DNA from: Chloroflexota bacterium
GTDB taxonomy: Bacteria; Chloroflexota; UBA11872
Assembly: GCA_965219705.1 (NCBI GenBank)
Contig: OZ244789.1
Span: 2,221,627 to 2,285,626 of the forward strand
Length of the DNA stretch: 64,000 nt
Direction: 5' to 3'
The position numbers and the translations under genes were made by a program. A model generated the notes under the pieces. It made no database searches. It had not been told where the DNA came from and saw nothing but the letters and a program-made list of their open reading frames with translations. Below, one piece after another: positions 45,003 through 54,959 of the stretch; within the stretch, counting starts at the first letter, position 1; each line of letters opens with the position of its first letter.

Positions 45003-46976
45003 TCAACAGAAAGGCAGATTGAGCGCGCCAAGGTCATTATTCGCGACGCGTTGCAATGCACCTGGGATGCATCCCGTGAAGTGATTGCCGCCGGCGAGCC
45101 AGAGCCATCGCAGGTTGGCGAGGTGGCCCAGTTCCGGTGGAATCGACCCACTGAGCCGGTTGTTTCGGAGCAGCAGAAATTGCAGGTTGGTGAGGCGGCC
45201 GAGTTCAGGCGGGATCTCGCCGGTCAACAGGTTGTCGTGGAGCCGAATGTCTCCGAGCCTAGTGTTGGCCAACTCGTGCGGGATCCCTCCACTCAGCTGG
45301 TTTCCCTGGAGGTACAGGGCTGACAAGTTGGCGAGGCGGCCCAGCTCGGGCGGGATCTCCCCATCGAGCCGGTTGTCCCCGAGCGAGAGAATCCCCAGGT
45401 TGGTGAGGCGGCCGAGTTCAGACGGTATCGTCCCGCGCAACAGATTGTCGTTGAGCGAGAGCTCGTACAGGTTGGTGAGGTGAGCTAGCGCGAGCGGGAT
45501 AGTCCCGCTCAGCCAATTCCCGAATAGCCTGAGCGAAACCAAGTTAGAAAGCTGACTGAGCTCGGGCGGGATCTCGCCACTCAGATGGTTTTTTGCGAGC
45601 GACAGAAGCCTCAAGTTGGCGAGGCGGCCCAATTCGGGCGGGATCGTCCCGGTGAGCAGGTTTTCGTCGAGAGAGAGCTCGTACAGGTTGGGGAGGTCCG
45701 CCAGCCAAGCGGGGACGCTTCCACTCAGTTCGTTGTAGTCGAGCGCGAGGTCCGACAGCTTGGCAAGATGTCCCAGTTCGGGCGGAATCTCTCCGGTTAG
45801 CTGATTCCCCTGGAGCCTGAGCGATGTCAGGTAGGTGAGGCGGCCCAGCTCGGGCGGGATCACGCCATGCAGCCGGTTCCACGACAGACTCAGGGATTCC
45901 AGGTTTAGGAGACGGCCCAGCCCGGGCGGGATTTCGCCTTGCAGCTGGTTCTGGTCGAGGGTCAGCACCCTTAGGTATGCGAGTTGGCTCAACTCGGGCG
46001 GCAGCTTCCCAGTCAGCTGATTTTCTCCGAGCCGTAGTTCCGTGACCAGGCTGCGGCTCGTGCTCACGCCGTACCAGGTGGTGAGGGGCATGTCGCTCAG
46101 CCAGTTGGTGTTGTTCGCCCAGTTCGCCCCGTCGGTGGCGTAGTAGAGCGCGACCAGCGCGGCCCGGTCGGACAGCACGGCCAGGAATCGCTCGGCCTCG
46201 CCGCGCTCGAGCGGCGCCTTGGCCGCGTCCGGAATTATCACGTTGCTCAGCTTCTTCACCTTGTCCGGCACGTTCTGCAGGTTCACCCGCCCCACCGTGG
46301 TCCCCGGCGCCGACACGTTCCAGATCACGAACACTGTCCGCTGCGCCCGCAGCATCTGCAGGCCCCGCGGGTTGCCGTTGACCTCCCGCTCCTCGTAGCT
46401 GATCGGCAGCCCGTAGAGGTTCAGCCAGTCCGGCTCGCTGAGGAAGCGCTCCTTGATGGCCGCGTTCTGCTCCAGCAGCGCCAGGTGGTTCCGGGTGATG
46501 GTGGCGAAGTCGGCCCCTCGATCGGCTTCCAAGACCTGATGCGGCGGGACGTTGGGCAGCTCCACCTCGGGATAGCGATTCGCCAGCACGTCGAGGGTGT
46601 TGTAGTAGTTCATCCGGTACTTGCCGGGGTCCCACTGCAGGATCACCTTCTGGAAGGCCTGCAGGGTGAAGGGGCCGCTCATCCAGCGCTGGCTGATGGG
46701 ATAGCCGATGGCCTGGAGGTCGCGCTGGCGCACGAAGTCCCACAGCGGCACGTCGTTGGCGTTAGTGACGGCGTAGCCATCGTCCGGCTGGAGCGTGTCG
46801 CCGCCGGTGATGGTGAAGAGGCAGCCGTCCTCGAGGGTTACGCCCTCGCACTCCAGCGCCGCCGCTGACGGCCAGATTGTCAGCGTGGCCACGGCGGTGA
46901 CGGTCAGTACCGCCAGCGCCACGCGCAGCCGGCGCCAACCATTGCGCACTCGGAGTCTTGACACGAGGCCCCTCAC
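45003..46976 (-). CDS. secreted leucine-rich-repeat protein with plant-specific-type 24-residue LRRs
   Basis: 657 aa. Signal peptide, about 270-aa N-terminal domain of unknown function, LRRNT-like cap (ALVALYYATDGANWANNTNWLSD...W.GVS), about 13 repeats of LxxLxxLxLxxNxLSGxIPPELGxLxN, C-terminal FTGCIP...LPFC cap. Confidence 0.8.
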   Translation of the reverse strand: MRGLVSRLRVRNGWRRLRVALAVLTVTAVATLTIWPSAAALECEGVTLEDGCLFTITGGDTLQPDDGYAVTNANDVPLWDFVRQRDLQAIGYPISQRWMSGPFTLQAFQKVILQWDPGKYRMNYYNTLDVLANRYPEVELPNVPPHQVLEADRGADFATITRNHLALLEQNAAIKERFLSEPDWLNLYGLPISYEEREVNGNPRGLQMLRAQRTVFVIWNVSAPGTTVGRVNLQNVPDKVKKLSNVIIPDAAKAPLERGEAERFLAVLSDRAALVALYYATDGANWANNTNWLSDMPLTTWYGVSTSRSLVTELRLGENQLTGKLPPELSQLAYLRVLTLDQNQLQGEIPPGLGRLLNLESLSLSWNRLHGVIPPELGRLTYLTSLRLQGNQLTGEIPPELGHLAKLSDLALDYNELSGSVPAWLADLPNLYELSLDENLLTGTIPPELGRLANLRLLSLAKNHLSGEIPPELSQLSNLVSLRLFGNWLSGTIPLALAHLTNLYELSLNDNLLRGTIPSELGRLTNLGILSLGDNRLDGEIPPELGRLANLSALYLQGNQLSGGIPHELANTRLGDIRLHDNLLTGEIPPELGRLTNLQFLLLRNNRLSGSIPPELGHLANLRWLWLAGGNHFTGCIPGALQRVANNDLGALNLPFC

Positions 46977-47091
46977 TCAGCGGCAGGCAGCCCGGCGGCC
47001 CGCCACACACCGCCCATCCAACCCGGCAGCGTCAATCTACGTCAAGCGCCGGTCCCTGTCGCACCATGCTAGGGGGCGTGGGCCCCTGAAC

Positions 47092-47398
47092 CGGCGCGAG
47101 GCCGTCGTGCCCTATGTCGGCAAAGACGTGATCTTCGGCATTCGACACAAGAACTATCGACGACCCGCAGTTCTCGGCCGGCGGCGTGCAGAATGAAACG
47201 ACCATTACGGCGACGGTGGACGTCATGGAGCCGCTGGGCAGCGAGGTCATCCTCTACATGCTGGCGGGATCCGATTCATTCGTCGCCCGCGTCGACCCGC
47301 GCACCTCGGCGCAGGCCAACCAGCCGTTCAAGCTCGCCTTCGAGATGGACCGAATGCACCTGTTCGACCGCATGACGCAGGAGGCGATCGCGTAGCGG
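47092..47398 (+). pseudogene. degenerate duplicate of the 3' end of the MalK-type ATPase gene (direct repeat copy 2, repeat extends to about 47440)
   Basis: Translation fragments ...EAVVPYVGKDVIFGIR... and ...TITATVDVMEPLGSEVILYMLAGSDSFVARVDPRT.AQANQ.F.LAFEMDRMHLFDR.TQEAIA match MalK residues about 270-366, with frame-disrupting indels, no start and no N-terminal ATPase domain. Confidence 0.7.
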
Positions 47399-47445
47399 TT
47401 CGAATCTTGAGACGGCGCGACGGTTAGCCCTCGTTTCGCGGACCT

Positions 47446-48294
47446 CTACGGCTTGCAGAACGGCAGCCCAAGCGTGTCGAGGTCGCTGAGCAGTACGTGG
47501 CTAAACGCATTCTCGTGCAACCCCTGGGGAATGCAGCCCGTGAACTGGTTGCCGCCGAACTCCAGCATTTGCAGGTAGGGGATGTTCCCCAACTCAGGCG
47601 GGATCTCGCCACTCAACTGGTTATTGTCGAGCCGCAGATTACTCAGGTTGGCGAGACGGCCCAACTCGGGCGGGATCTCGCCACTCAGTTGGTTCTCCTG
47701 GAGCAGCAGCGTATCCAGAGCGGCAAGACTGCCCAGCTCGGGTGGGATCTCGCCACGCAACTCGTTTCCATTGAGGAACAGCAGTACCAGATTGGTGAGA
47801 TGGCCCAACTCGGGTGGAATCTCCCCGCGCAACTGGTTCTCGTGGAGCCACAGCGACGTGACTCGGCCGCTGGGATCAGTGTTGACGAGGTTCCATCGAC
47901 CGAGCGGTGCCTCGCTGAGCCAGTTGCTGTTGCGCTTCCAGTTTGGCCCGTCGGTCGCGTGGTAGAGCGCCACCAGTGCGTCCCTGTCCGAGACAAGGGC
48001 GGGTGTGGACGTCGCGGCCGGCGCTCTAGCCGAGTCGGGAGTGGGTGAGGGCGCTGGAGTGAGCGTCGCGACCGGCGCCGCAGACCTGGCAGCAGTGCGA
48101 GTCGGCGCGGGCATCGCCATCGGCGTCGCAGACCCTGTTGCAATTGATGTGGGTGCAGGCGCCGGGATCGCCGCCGCTACGGCCTGTTCGGGAGCAGGCG
48201 CCGGCCCCGCCGCCTGAGGTATGTCAGAGGAAGCGTCGCACGCGACGGCTGCGAGCACGAGCATGACCATGAGAAAGGCGGAACGGAGCGTCAT
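47446..48294 (-). CDS. secreted leucine-rich-repeat protein (short paralog of 45003..46976)
   Basis: 282 aa. Signal peptide, Ala/Pro-rich linker, LRRNT-like cap (ALVALYHATDGPNWKRNSNWLSEAPLGRW), 5 plant-type LRRs, same FTGCIP...LPFC C-terminal cap. Confidence 0.75.
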   Translation of the reverse strand: MTLRSAFLMVMLVLAAVACDASSDIPQAAGPAPAPEQAVAAAIPAPAPTSIATGSATPMAMPAPTRTAARSAAPVATLTPAPSPTPDSARAPAATSTPALVSDRDALVALYHATDGPNWKRNSNWLSEAPLGRWNLVNTDPSGRVTSLWLHENQLRGEIPPELGHLTNLVLLFLNGNELRGEIPPELGSLAALDTLLLQENQLSGEIPPELGRLANLSNLRLDNNQLSGEIPPELGNIPYLQMLEFGGNQFTGCIPQGLHENAFSHVLLSDLDTLGLPFCKP

Positions 48295-48497
48295 TGGGCC
48301 GAGTCTGCAAGAGGCCGATCACGCGCCCAACCCTATGATAGCGAGCCGGCAGGCGGCGAATGCGCCCGTGTCGAGACACCAGTGGCCATCGGGGGCATGG
48401 GATCGCTGCGGTAATCTTGGGGCAGATGTGCCTCGCCAGGGCGCGGCGTCGCTGGCGCCGCCACGCCTCGTGCGGTGCCCGGAGTCTCACCCGGCCC

Positions 48498-49979
48498 ATG
48501 GTAACTATGCTCCCGCGGCAACGCTCGCGCCGGGCCCTGCTGCTCGTGGCGGCGGCGGTCAGCGCGCTGCTCGTTGCCCACGATCTCCTCCGGATCAATG
48601 GTTTTGTGTATGGGTCGGCGGCCTCATACCTCGATGGGATGGACGTTCGCAACTGGGGGAGCTCGGGCCACACCCTGGCCTTCATCGTGGGCCTGCCCAC
48701 GTGGGGCAAGCTGTCGGATCTCTACGGGCGGCGACCGCTGTGGATGGCCTCGCTAGCCGTGGTGATGATCGGCGCCCTCCTCGCCGGGACCAGCCAGGTG
48801 ATGGAGCAGCTCATCATCGGTCGCATCGTGCAGGGTCTCGGGAGCGGCGGTCTGGTGGCCATGGCGTTGGCGCTGATCGCGGACCTTTTCCCGCCGGTCT
48901 CGCGGGCCAAGTGGCAGGGGGCCTGGACCGCGCTCTTCGGCCTCTTGGTGGTGTTGCTGCTCGCTGTGTTCAACAGCGTCGTTCCCTGGACGCAGGACTG
49001 GTGGCGTGGGGAGTTCTTCACCTTCCTCTGGCTGGGCGGCTTCGCGGCGCTTGCCGCCTGGTTCGGTCTGCCCGCAAGGCCGGCCGGCGCGCGACCAACG
49101 TTCGACGTCGCCGGCGTGTGCGCGGCGACCGCAGCCATGACCCTGCTGCTGCTGGCGATCAGTTGGTCCGGCGGGGCCTTGCCATGGGGATCGGCGCAGA
49201 ACGTCGGGCTGCTGCTGGGCGCCGCCGCCGCGCTTGGGGCGCTGGTCGTCGTCGAGCGGCGGGCCGTCGAACCCGTGGTCGACTGGGGTTTCCTGAAGAA
49301 CCGAATCTATGTCGTCGCGCTCGTCTTGATGTTCCTGCTCGGGGCAACTCGCCTAGGCGTCGGGACGCTCATCTGGCCGTTCTTGCAGCATTCAGGCACT
49401 GCCGTTCTCACGGGTCCGGTGACGGCGCCACTCGTGCTGGCGGCGGTTCTGAGTGCCGTTGTGACCGGGCTGATCATGTGGCGCACGGGCCGCTACAAGT
49501 TGCTGTTGATTGCGCTGTTCGCCATCGGCACGGCGGGCGCCGTGCTGCTGACGCTCATGGAGGCATCGACGACCGAGGTTGACCGCGCGCGCAACATGGC
49601 GATTACGGGGCTGGGATTCGGCGGCCTGTCGGTAGTGCTGTTCGTTGTCGCCCAGAACGCCTTGCCCGACCGCAACCTGGGCGCGGTGACGGCCGGATTG
49701 CTGGTCGTTGGGTGGCTGGGAGCCTTCATCGGTGCCAGGCTCAGGCACGTATCCGCCCTCGGGGATTTGGGTCCCGATCCGCAGGCCTTCGGCCAACAAA
49801 TGCAGCGGTCGCTCCCACTCCTTGCCCAGTCGTGGGCCAGCCTTGTTGGCGGCACGGTCGTGGTTCTAGCTCTAGGACTGCTCATCACGGTGGTGTTGCC
49901 GGAGATTCCCCTGCGCGGGCGGCAGGAGGACGACGCAGCCGCGGCCGAGGCGGAAGCGCCACCGACTCCCAGTCCCTGA
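48498..49979 (+). CDS. MFS transporter (14-TM drug:H+ antiporter-like)
   Basis: GKLSDLYGRRP (MFS motif A region), about 14 predicted TM helices. Start chosen at MVTMLPRQRSRRALLLVAAA; the ORF-track start at 48360 is an Arg-rich extension. Confidence 0.75.
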   Translation: MVTMLPRQRSRRALLLVAAAVSALLVAHDLLRINGFVYGSAASYLDGMDVRNWGSSGHTLAFIVGLPTWGKLSDLYGRRPLWMASLAVVMIGALLAGTSQVMEQLIIGRIVQGLGSGGLVAMALALIADLFPPVSRAKWQGAWTALFGLLVVLLLAVFNSVVPWTQDWWRGEFFTFLWLGGFAALAAWFGLPARPAGARPTFDVAGVCAATAAMTLLLLAISWSGGALPWGSAQNVGLLLGAAAALGALVVVERRAVEPVVDWGFLKNRIYVVALVLMFLLGATRLGVGTLIWPFLQHSGTAVLTGPVTAPLVLAAVLSAVVTGLIMWRTGRYKLLLIALFAIGTAGAVLLTLMEASTTEVDRARNMAITGLGFGGLSVVLFVVAQNALPDRNLGAVTAGLLVVGWLGAFIGARLRHVSALGDLGPDPQAFGQQMQRSLPLLAQSWASLVGGTVVVLALGLLITVVLPEIPLRGRQEDDAAAAEAEAPPTPSP

Positions 49980-50056
49980 CCGAGATCCCACGCGCTGTCC
50001 GAGCCTTGCGGCCGAACGCTACGCTGGGGCGTTGCTCCCACCATCCCCGAGGCGCC

Positions 50057-51580
50057 ATGTTTCTGGCCTACGCTCCCGATCGGATCGCCAAGGACATCGG
50101 CGCCGATCGCCAGCTCTTCATCGACGACGACGTGGTCGCGGTGGTCAAGAACGTCACCCGCCGCTTCCATCACCCGGTCAAGCACCCGGCCAACCCGGTG
50201 ATCGAAAACGATCAGCCGTGGGAGGTGGTGCCCTACTTCCGCAGCTGCTCGTTCAACGTGCTGCGCGATCCGGAGGACGGCCTCTTCAAGTGCTGGTACG
50301 AGGACTATCCGAACTACTGGGGCAGCAAGGGCGTGCCGCGGCTAGGGAGTCGCATCTACTACGCCCAGTCGACCGATGGCATCACCTGGGAGAAGCCGCT
50401 GCTGGGGCGCCACGCCATCGACGGCCGCGACACCAACACCCTCATCGTCTCGCCCGATGCCAACGACGAGTCCACCCTGTTCCCGTCGATCATGCTGGAC
50501 CCGACCGAGACGGACCACAGCCGCCGGTTCAAGAAGGTCCACGTGTACCGCGTCGGCAGACGCGGGATGGGGCTCGGTTTAGCGATGTCGGGCAACGGCC
50601 TGGACTGGACCCGACATCCCGCGAACCCGATCATCCCGGAGTGGGCGGCCGACTGCCAGGTGCTGACCTACGACCGGATCGACGAGAAATACGTGCTCTG
50701 GGGCCGCTACGGCGACTCCGCGGGTGAGGCCTGGCACCCCGAATTCGACCACTGGTTCGCCCCGGTGTGGCCCAGCCAGCCCGAGGGCGTCTGGGGGACC
50801 CGCCGCCGGGTCTGGCGGCTGGAGAGCCAAGACCTCGTCAACTGGTCACCGGCTGAGTTGGTCTTCGAGCCGGGCCCGGCGGACAACCTGGACGATGGGC
50901 ACTACAGCTTCGTCCCCTGGCGGGCGGGCGAGATGCACCTGGGCATCCTCAACGTGCTGCACACGGTGGACGACACGCTGGACCTGTACCTGCTGTACAG
51001 CCGCGACGGGCGCCAGTGGCATCGGTTCACCGAGCACCGGCCGTTCATACCGCGCGGTCCTGAGGGCGCCTACGACGCGCTGGACAACGAGACGACGGTG
51101 CAGCCGCTCGTGGTCGGGGATGAGCTGTGGTTCTACTACGGCGGCAACAACGTGCATCACGACTGGTGGATCATCGGCAGCGGGCAGGGGCTCGACGTGC
51201 CGGAGGTCCACGACCCGAGCATCGCCGCGAATGGCCACCACCTGTGCCTGGCGACGCTGCGTTACGACGGCTACGTGTCGCTCGACGCCACGGTGCGCGA
51301 GGGCTACGTGGAGACCAAGCCGGTGAGGCCGACCGGCGGCCAGCTCTTCATCAACGCCCGCTGCGAGCCCGGCGGCTATGTCGAGGCCGAGGTGATGGAT
51401 CCCTTCAACGACGTGTGGCCGGGCTTCGAGCGCGCCGACTGCCAGCGATTCGAGGGCGACAGCATCAGCCACAACCTCACCTGGTCGGGCGGCGCTCCCG
51501 GTGACCTGCGGGGCGGCGTCAAGCTGCGCTTTCACCTGCGGCGCGCCGAGCTCTACAGCTTCCGCTTTGGCCGCGACTAA
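50057..51580 (+). CDS. hypothetical protein, possible beta-propeller glycoside hydrolase fold
   Basis: 507 aa, start MFLAYAPD. High-GC3 coding signal and repeated W/Y/D-rich blade-like segments. Family not identified. The ORF-track start at 49712 lies inside the MFS gene. Confidence 0.5.
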   Translation: MFLAYAPDRIAKDIGADRQLFIDDDVVAVVKNVTRRFHHPVKHPANPVIENDQPWEVVPYFRSCSFNVLRDPEDGLFKCWYEDYPNYWGSKGVPRLGSRIYYAQSTDGITWEKPLLGRHAIDGRDTNTLIVSPDANDESTLFPSIMLDPTETDHSRRFKKVHVYRVGRRGMGLGLAMSGNGLDWTRHPANPIIPEWAADCQVLTYDRIDEKYVLWGRYGDSAGEAWHPEFDHWFAPVWPSQPEGVWGTRRRVWRLESQDLVNWSPAELVFEPGPADNLDDGHYSFVPWRAGEMHLGILNVLHTVDDTLDLYLLYSRDGRQWHRFTEHRPFIPRGPEGAYDALDNETTVQPLVVGDELWFYYGGNNVHHDWWIIGSGQGLDVPEVHDPSIAANGHHLCLATLRYDGYVSLDATVREGYVETKPVRPTGGQLFINARCEPGGYVEAEVMDPFNDVWPGFERADCQRFEGDSISHNLTWSGGAPGDLRGGVKLRFHLRRAELYSFRFGRD

Positions 51581-51660
51581 CCCCGCCGCCGGCGCGGAGA
51601 CTTCGCCACCCGGCGCGTTCGGTACCGTGACGGCCTGAGCGGCGAGGACGGGAGAACGCC

Positions 51661-52602
51661 ATGACGAATCGAGAACTCGGGGCGACGGGCGCGCGCGTGA
51701 GCAGCCTCTGCATGGGGTGTTGGGAGATCGGTGGCTTGTCGTGGGGCCCGATGTCCTCGCTCGACGCGGTGGACCTCGTGCGCGCGGCGTTTGACGCGGG
51801 CGTCACGACCTTCGATACCGCCGAGCAATACGGCGGAGGCCGCAGCGAGACCGTGCTCGGCAAGGCGCTGGAAGGCATACGCCACGAGACGGTGATCGTC
51901 ACCAAGGTCGGGTACCTGCCCGGCACTGACGGCGCGCAGGACCTTCACTCGGACTACGAGCCCCAGGACTTCTCACCGTCCCGCATTCGCCAGGCGTGCG
52001 AGCTGTCGTTGCGGCGTCTTCGCTCCACCTACCTTGACGTGTTGCTGTTGCACGACCCGCCGTTGCATATCGTGCGGCAAGCGGCCCCATTCGAGGCGCT
52101 GCAGCGCTTGCAGCAGGCCGGCAAGATCCGCTGGTGGGGCGTGTCGGCGTCTCCCGAGGCTGCCGCCGAGGCCATCCGACGCTGGGACGCGCCGGTCGTC
52201 GAATCCCCATTCAGTCTCGCGGATGACGGCGTCGCCAAGCACGTGCTCCCCCTGGCCGCCGAGCGCGGCACGGGCGTGCTGGCGCGGTCGCCCTTCGGCA
52301 GCGGCGTGCTCATGCTCGACGAGGCGGCGGTCGACCGCCTTCCGGCTACCGACTGGCGCCGCCGTCCGGGCTTCCGCGAGCGGATCCGCACATCGGCCGG
52401 CCTGCGCCAACGCCTGCACGCGGCGGCGGACGCGCGTGACGAACCGCCGCACGAGACGGCCATCCGGTACGTGCTCGGTCACGAGGCGGTGTCCTGCTCC
52501 ATCGTCGGGATATCGAGCACCCAGGACATCCAGCGCAACGCCCCCGCGGCTGAACCGCCCTACCTGAGCACCGAGGAGATCGGCGAACTCAGGGGAGCCT
52601 AG
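51661..52602 (+). CDS. aldo/keto reductase
   Basis: LGATGARVSSLCMGCWEIGG, FDTAEQYGGGRSE, catalytic Tyr/Lys/His context of the AKR family. Confidence 0.85.
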   Translation: MTNRELGATGARVSSLCMGCWEIGGLSWGPMSSLDAVDLVRAAFDAGVTTFDTAEQYGGGRSETVLGKALEGIRHETVIVTKVGYLPGTDGAQDLHSDYEPQDFSPSRIRQACELSLRRLRSTYLDVLLLHDPPLHIVRQAAPFEALQRLQQAGKIRWWGVSASPEAAAEAIRRWDAPVVESPFSLADDGVAKHVLPLAAERGTGVLARSPFGSGVLMLDEAAVDRLPATDWRRRPGFRERIRTSAGLRQRLHAAADARDEPPHETAIRYVLGHEAVSCSIVGISSTQDIQRNAPAAEPPYLSTEEIGELRGA

Positions 52603-52617
52603 CGGCGCGAAGCTTCC

Positions 52618-53448
52618 CTATCGGCCGAACTCGGCGCGGAACCGCTGGAACAATCCGTTGATGTCCACGTCGTCCGGGCCGCCGTCATGGGCCACGAAGC
52701 GCGCGCCGAGCGTGAAGGACTCACCGGGTGCCAGCGTCATGCCGCGGTGCCGCCACGGACCCACGTAGATCGGGCCGTAGTCGCGCGTGAACCAGGGCGT
52801 CTCGGCGACATCGGGATAGGGGAACACGGCAACCCCGGCGACGTGCTCGTGGGTCACCGGACCGGAGTAGTCCATCCAGTCCGCCTGGGTGTCGAAGGTC
52901 GCGGCCTCGTTGCGGGCGCCCGTGGCGCTGCGAATCTCACCGCCGTCCAGCACGTCGATCTGATCGGCGACCCGCAAGGCCAATCCGGCATCCTTTTCTT
53001 GGCCTAACTCCACCGGCGCATCGGCCGCTGAGAGCGTGGTGGTCACGTCCACGGCCACCTGTCCGGCCCAGAGCCGCACACCGACACGCCGCCGCTCGTG
53101 CAGCATCAGGCCGCCGGCGCCGTCAACCCACTCGATGCGCTGGTCGAAGGCGACCCCGCCGGCTGAGATATCGGTGCGCGTGTCTCGCACCAGGATGCGC
53201 GGCGCCGGATGCATGCCCAGCGTCTCCGGGGCCCAGAAGTTGAGGCCGTTGACGCTGGCGTGCCCGAGCCAGATCGACAAGTGGTGCGGATGGTCGGCTG
53301 GCCCGGCCTGCGTGACCACGTGGCCCTGCACGGTCCGTACCGGATAGACGTAAGGGCGATAGCGCCCCTGCTGCACGGCGGCCAGGTAGCGCCCGTCCGC
53401 GTAGACCTTGAGTTGGGCCTGGCGCTCGAAGACCTCGTATGTGGGCAT
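52618..53448 (-). CDS. PmoA-like / DUF6807 family protein
   Basis: ADHPHHLSIWLGHASVNGLNFW resembles the HHHSLWxxHGxVNGxDFW signature of the DUF6807 (PmoA-like) family that co-occurs with xylose-isomerase-like genes. Assignment tentative. Confidence 0.45.
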   Translation of the reverse strand: MPTYEVFERQAQLKVYADGRYLAAVQQGRYRPYVYPVRTVQGHVVTQAGPADHPHHLSIWLGHASVNGLNFWAPETLGMHPAPRILVRDTRTDISAGGVAFDQRIEWVDGAGGLMLHERRRVGVRLWAGQVAVDVTTTLSAADAPVELGQEKDAGLALRVADQIDVLDGGEIRSATGARNEAATFDTQADWMDYSGPVTHEHVAGVAVFPYPDVAETPWFTRDYGPIYVGPWRHRGMTLAPGESFTLGARFVAHDGGPDDVDINGLFQRFRAEFGR

Positions 53449-53686
53449 GGCCGTCCATCGCGGTGTGGCTTGATCCCGGGCAGTCTACGCAAGCGGACGG
53501 TGGCTGCGGCGGGCGTTGCCCTTGACGGCCGCGGGTGCGCGATTGTCTTACGCGCCCACCAACGAACGCGCTGTGAGTCCGCTGACGCAACGTCGACGCA
53601 CCATGCCGACCAATCTTCCACGGCGCCTATAGTTTGCTCAGGCGGGCCTGATGGCCGCCCGCCGGTGACCGAGGCTGGGTGCGTCC

Positions 53687-54928
53687 GTGGCGGCACGAAT
53701 AGGGGACATGCTGCGAGTCGTGTTGGGCACCGGGTCGGCCGGCCCGCTCACGGGGGCTGCGAGGGCCAACTTCCGGCGCGACCTCGCCTTTCAGCTGCTC
53801 ACCGGCGTGTTCCTGGGAGTGGTGCTCAACTTCTATCCGGTGGTGGCGCGCCGTCTGGGCGCCGGCGAGTTTCTTCTCTCGCTGCTCACGGCGGGCTCGT
53901 ATCTGGGAGCGCTGCTGAGCCTGGGCGCGCCATATGTGCTGCGCACGCTGCAGCCGGCACGCCGCATCGCGCTGATCTGGGCGGTCGGACGGGCGCTGTG
54001 GATCGCGGCGTTGTTTGTGACGTCGCCCGCGTTGTTCGCTGTCGTCGCACTCGGCTACTTCCTCCTCTCCGGTCTACCGCGGCCCGGCGTCACCTGGCTC
54101 ATGCAGGGGGCCTATCCCGCCCCCATCCGCGGGCGCCTGCTAGCCGCCGCGCGCATGGCCATGGCCGTCGCGGCGCTGATCACCGCTCCGATCGCCGGCC
54201 TGCTGCTCGACGTCGTCGGCCATGGTCTGATCTTCGCCGGCGCAGCAATCATCGGCATGCTCGCCCTGGCGGCGTTCGCCGGCATCAAATCTTCGAACCC
54301 CCGCCCGTATCGACGTCGAAACCCCTGGTCGCTCGCGCGCGGGGCTTTTGCCACGCCGTCCTTCCGCGGCTTCGTGGGCGCCTGGAACACGATGGGCTTC
54401 GGGGTCGCCGTCATGATGCCCGCGATTCCCATCGTGCTGGTGGATCATCTGCACGCCAGCTTCAGCACCGTGGGCGTGCTCTCGCTGCTCGCCGGAGTCG
54501 CGCAGGCGGTCTGCTACCCGCTGTGGGGACGGCTGATCGACCGGCGCACAGGGCCTTTCGGCGCCGCGCTGGCCATCGCCGTTCAGGTAGCGGCGCCGGT
54601 CATGTTCATCGTCGCCATGGCCACGACCCAGGTGGGGGTCCTCGCGGCGGCCTATGTGGCGATGGGCGTCGCCGGCGCGGGATTCGTCCTCGGATCGCAG
54701 ACGACCCTGATGTCGCTGGCGCGCCCCGAGGACACGCCGCCGCTGGCCACCACATTCAACGCCTCTGCCGGCCTCTTTGGCGTCGCGGGTCCGTTTGTCG
54801 GCGGCCTGCTCCTCATCACGGGCGGGCCGAACGCCGCGCTCTCCGTCGCCGCCGCCCTGATATTTGCCGGGGCCGTTCAGATGCTCCGCGTCGCGCGCTC
54901 GTTTCGGCCCGTCGATGCCCTAGCGTAG
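53687..54928 (+). CDS. MFS transporter (12 TM)
   Basis: 413 aa, 12 hydrophobic helices in a 6+6 layout with an Arg-rich central loop. Confidence 0.7.
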   Translation: MAARIGDMLRVVLGTGSAGPLTGAARANFRRDLAFQLLTGVFLGVVLNFYPVVARRLGAGEFLLSLLTAGSYLGALLSLGAPYVLRTLQPARRIALIWAVGRALWIAALFVTSPALFAVVALGYFLLSGLPRPGVTWLMQGAYPAPIRGRLLAAARMAMAVAALITAPIAGLLLDVVGHGLIFAGAAIIGMLALAAFAGIKSSNPRPYRRRNPWSLARGAFATPSFRGFVGAWNTMGFGVAVMMPAIPIVLVDHLHASFSTVGVLSLLAGVAQAVCYPLWGRLIDRRTGPFGAALAIAVQVAAPVMFIVAMATTQVGVLAAAYVAMGVAGAGFVLGSQTTLMSLARPEDTPPLATTFNASAGLFGVAGPFVGGLLLITGGPNAALSVAAALIFAGAVQMLRVARSFRPVDALA

Positions 54929-54959
54929 GGACCATCCGGACATCCGACCGCGGCTCCCC

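Noticed and set aside
45544-46743. 399-aa minus-strand ORF in an alternative frame of the LRR gene
   Set aside because: The LRR periodicity is obvious in the 45003..46976 frame; the alternative frame is Arg/Pro-rich.
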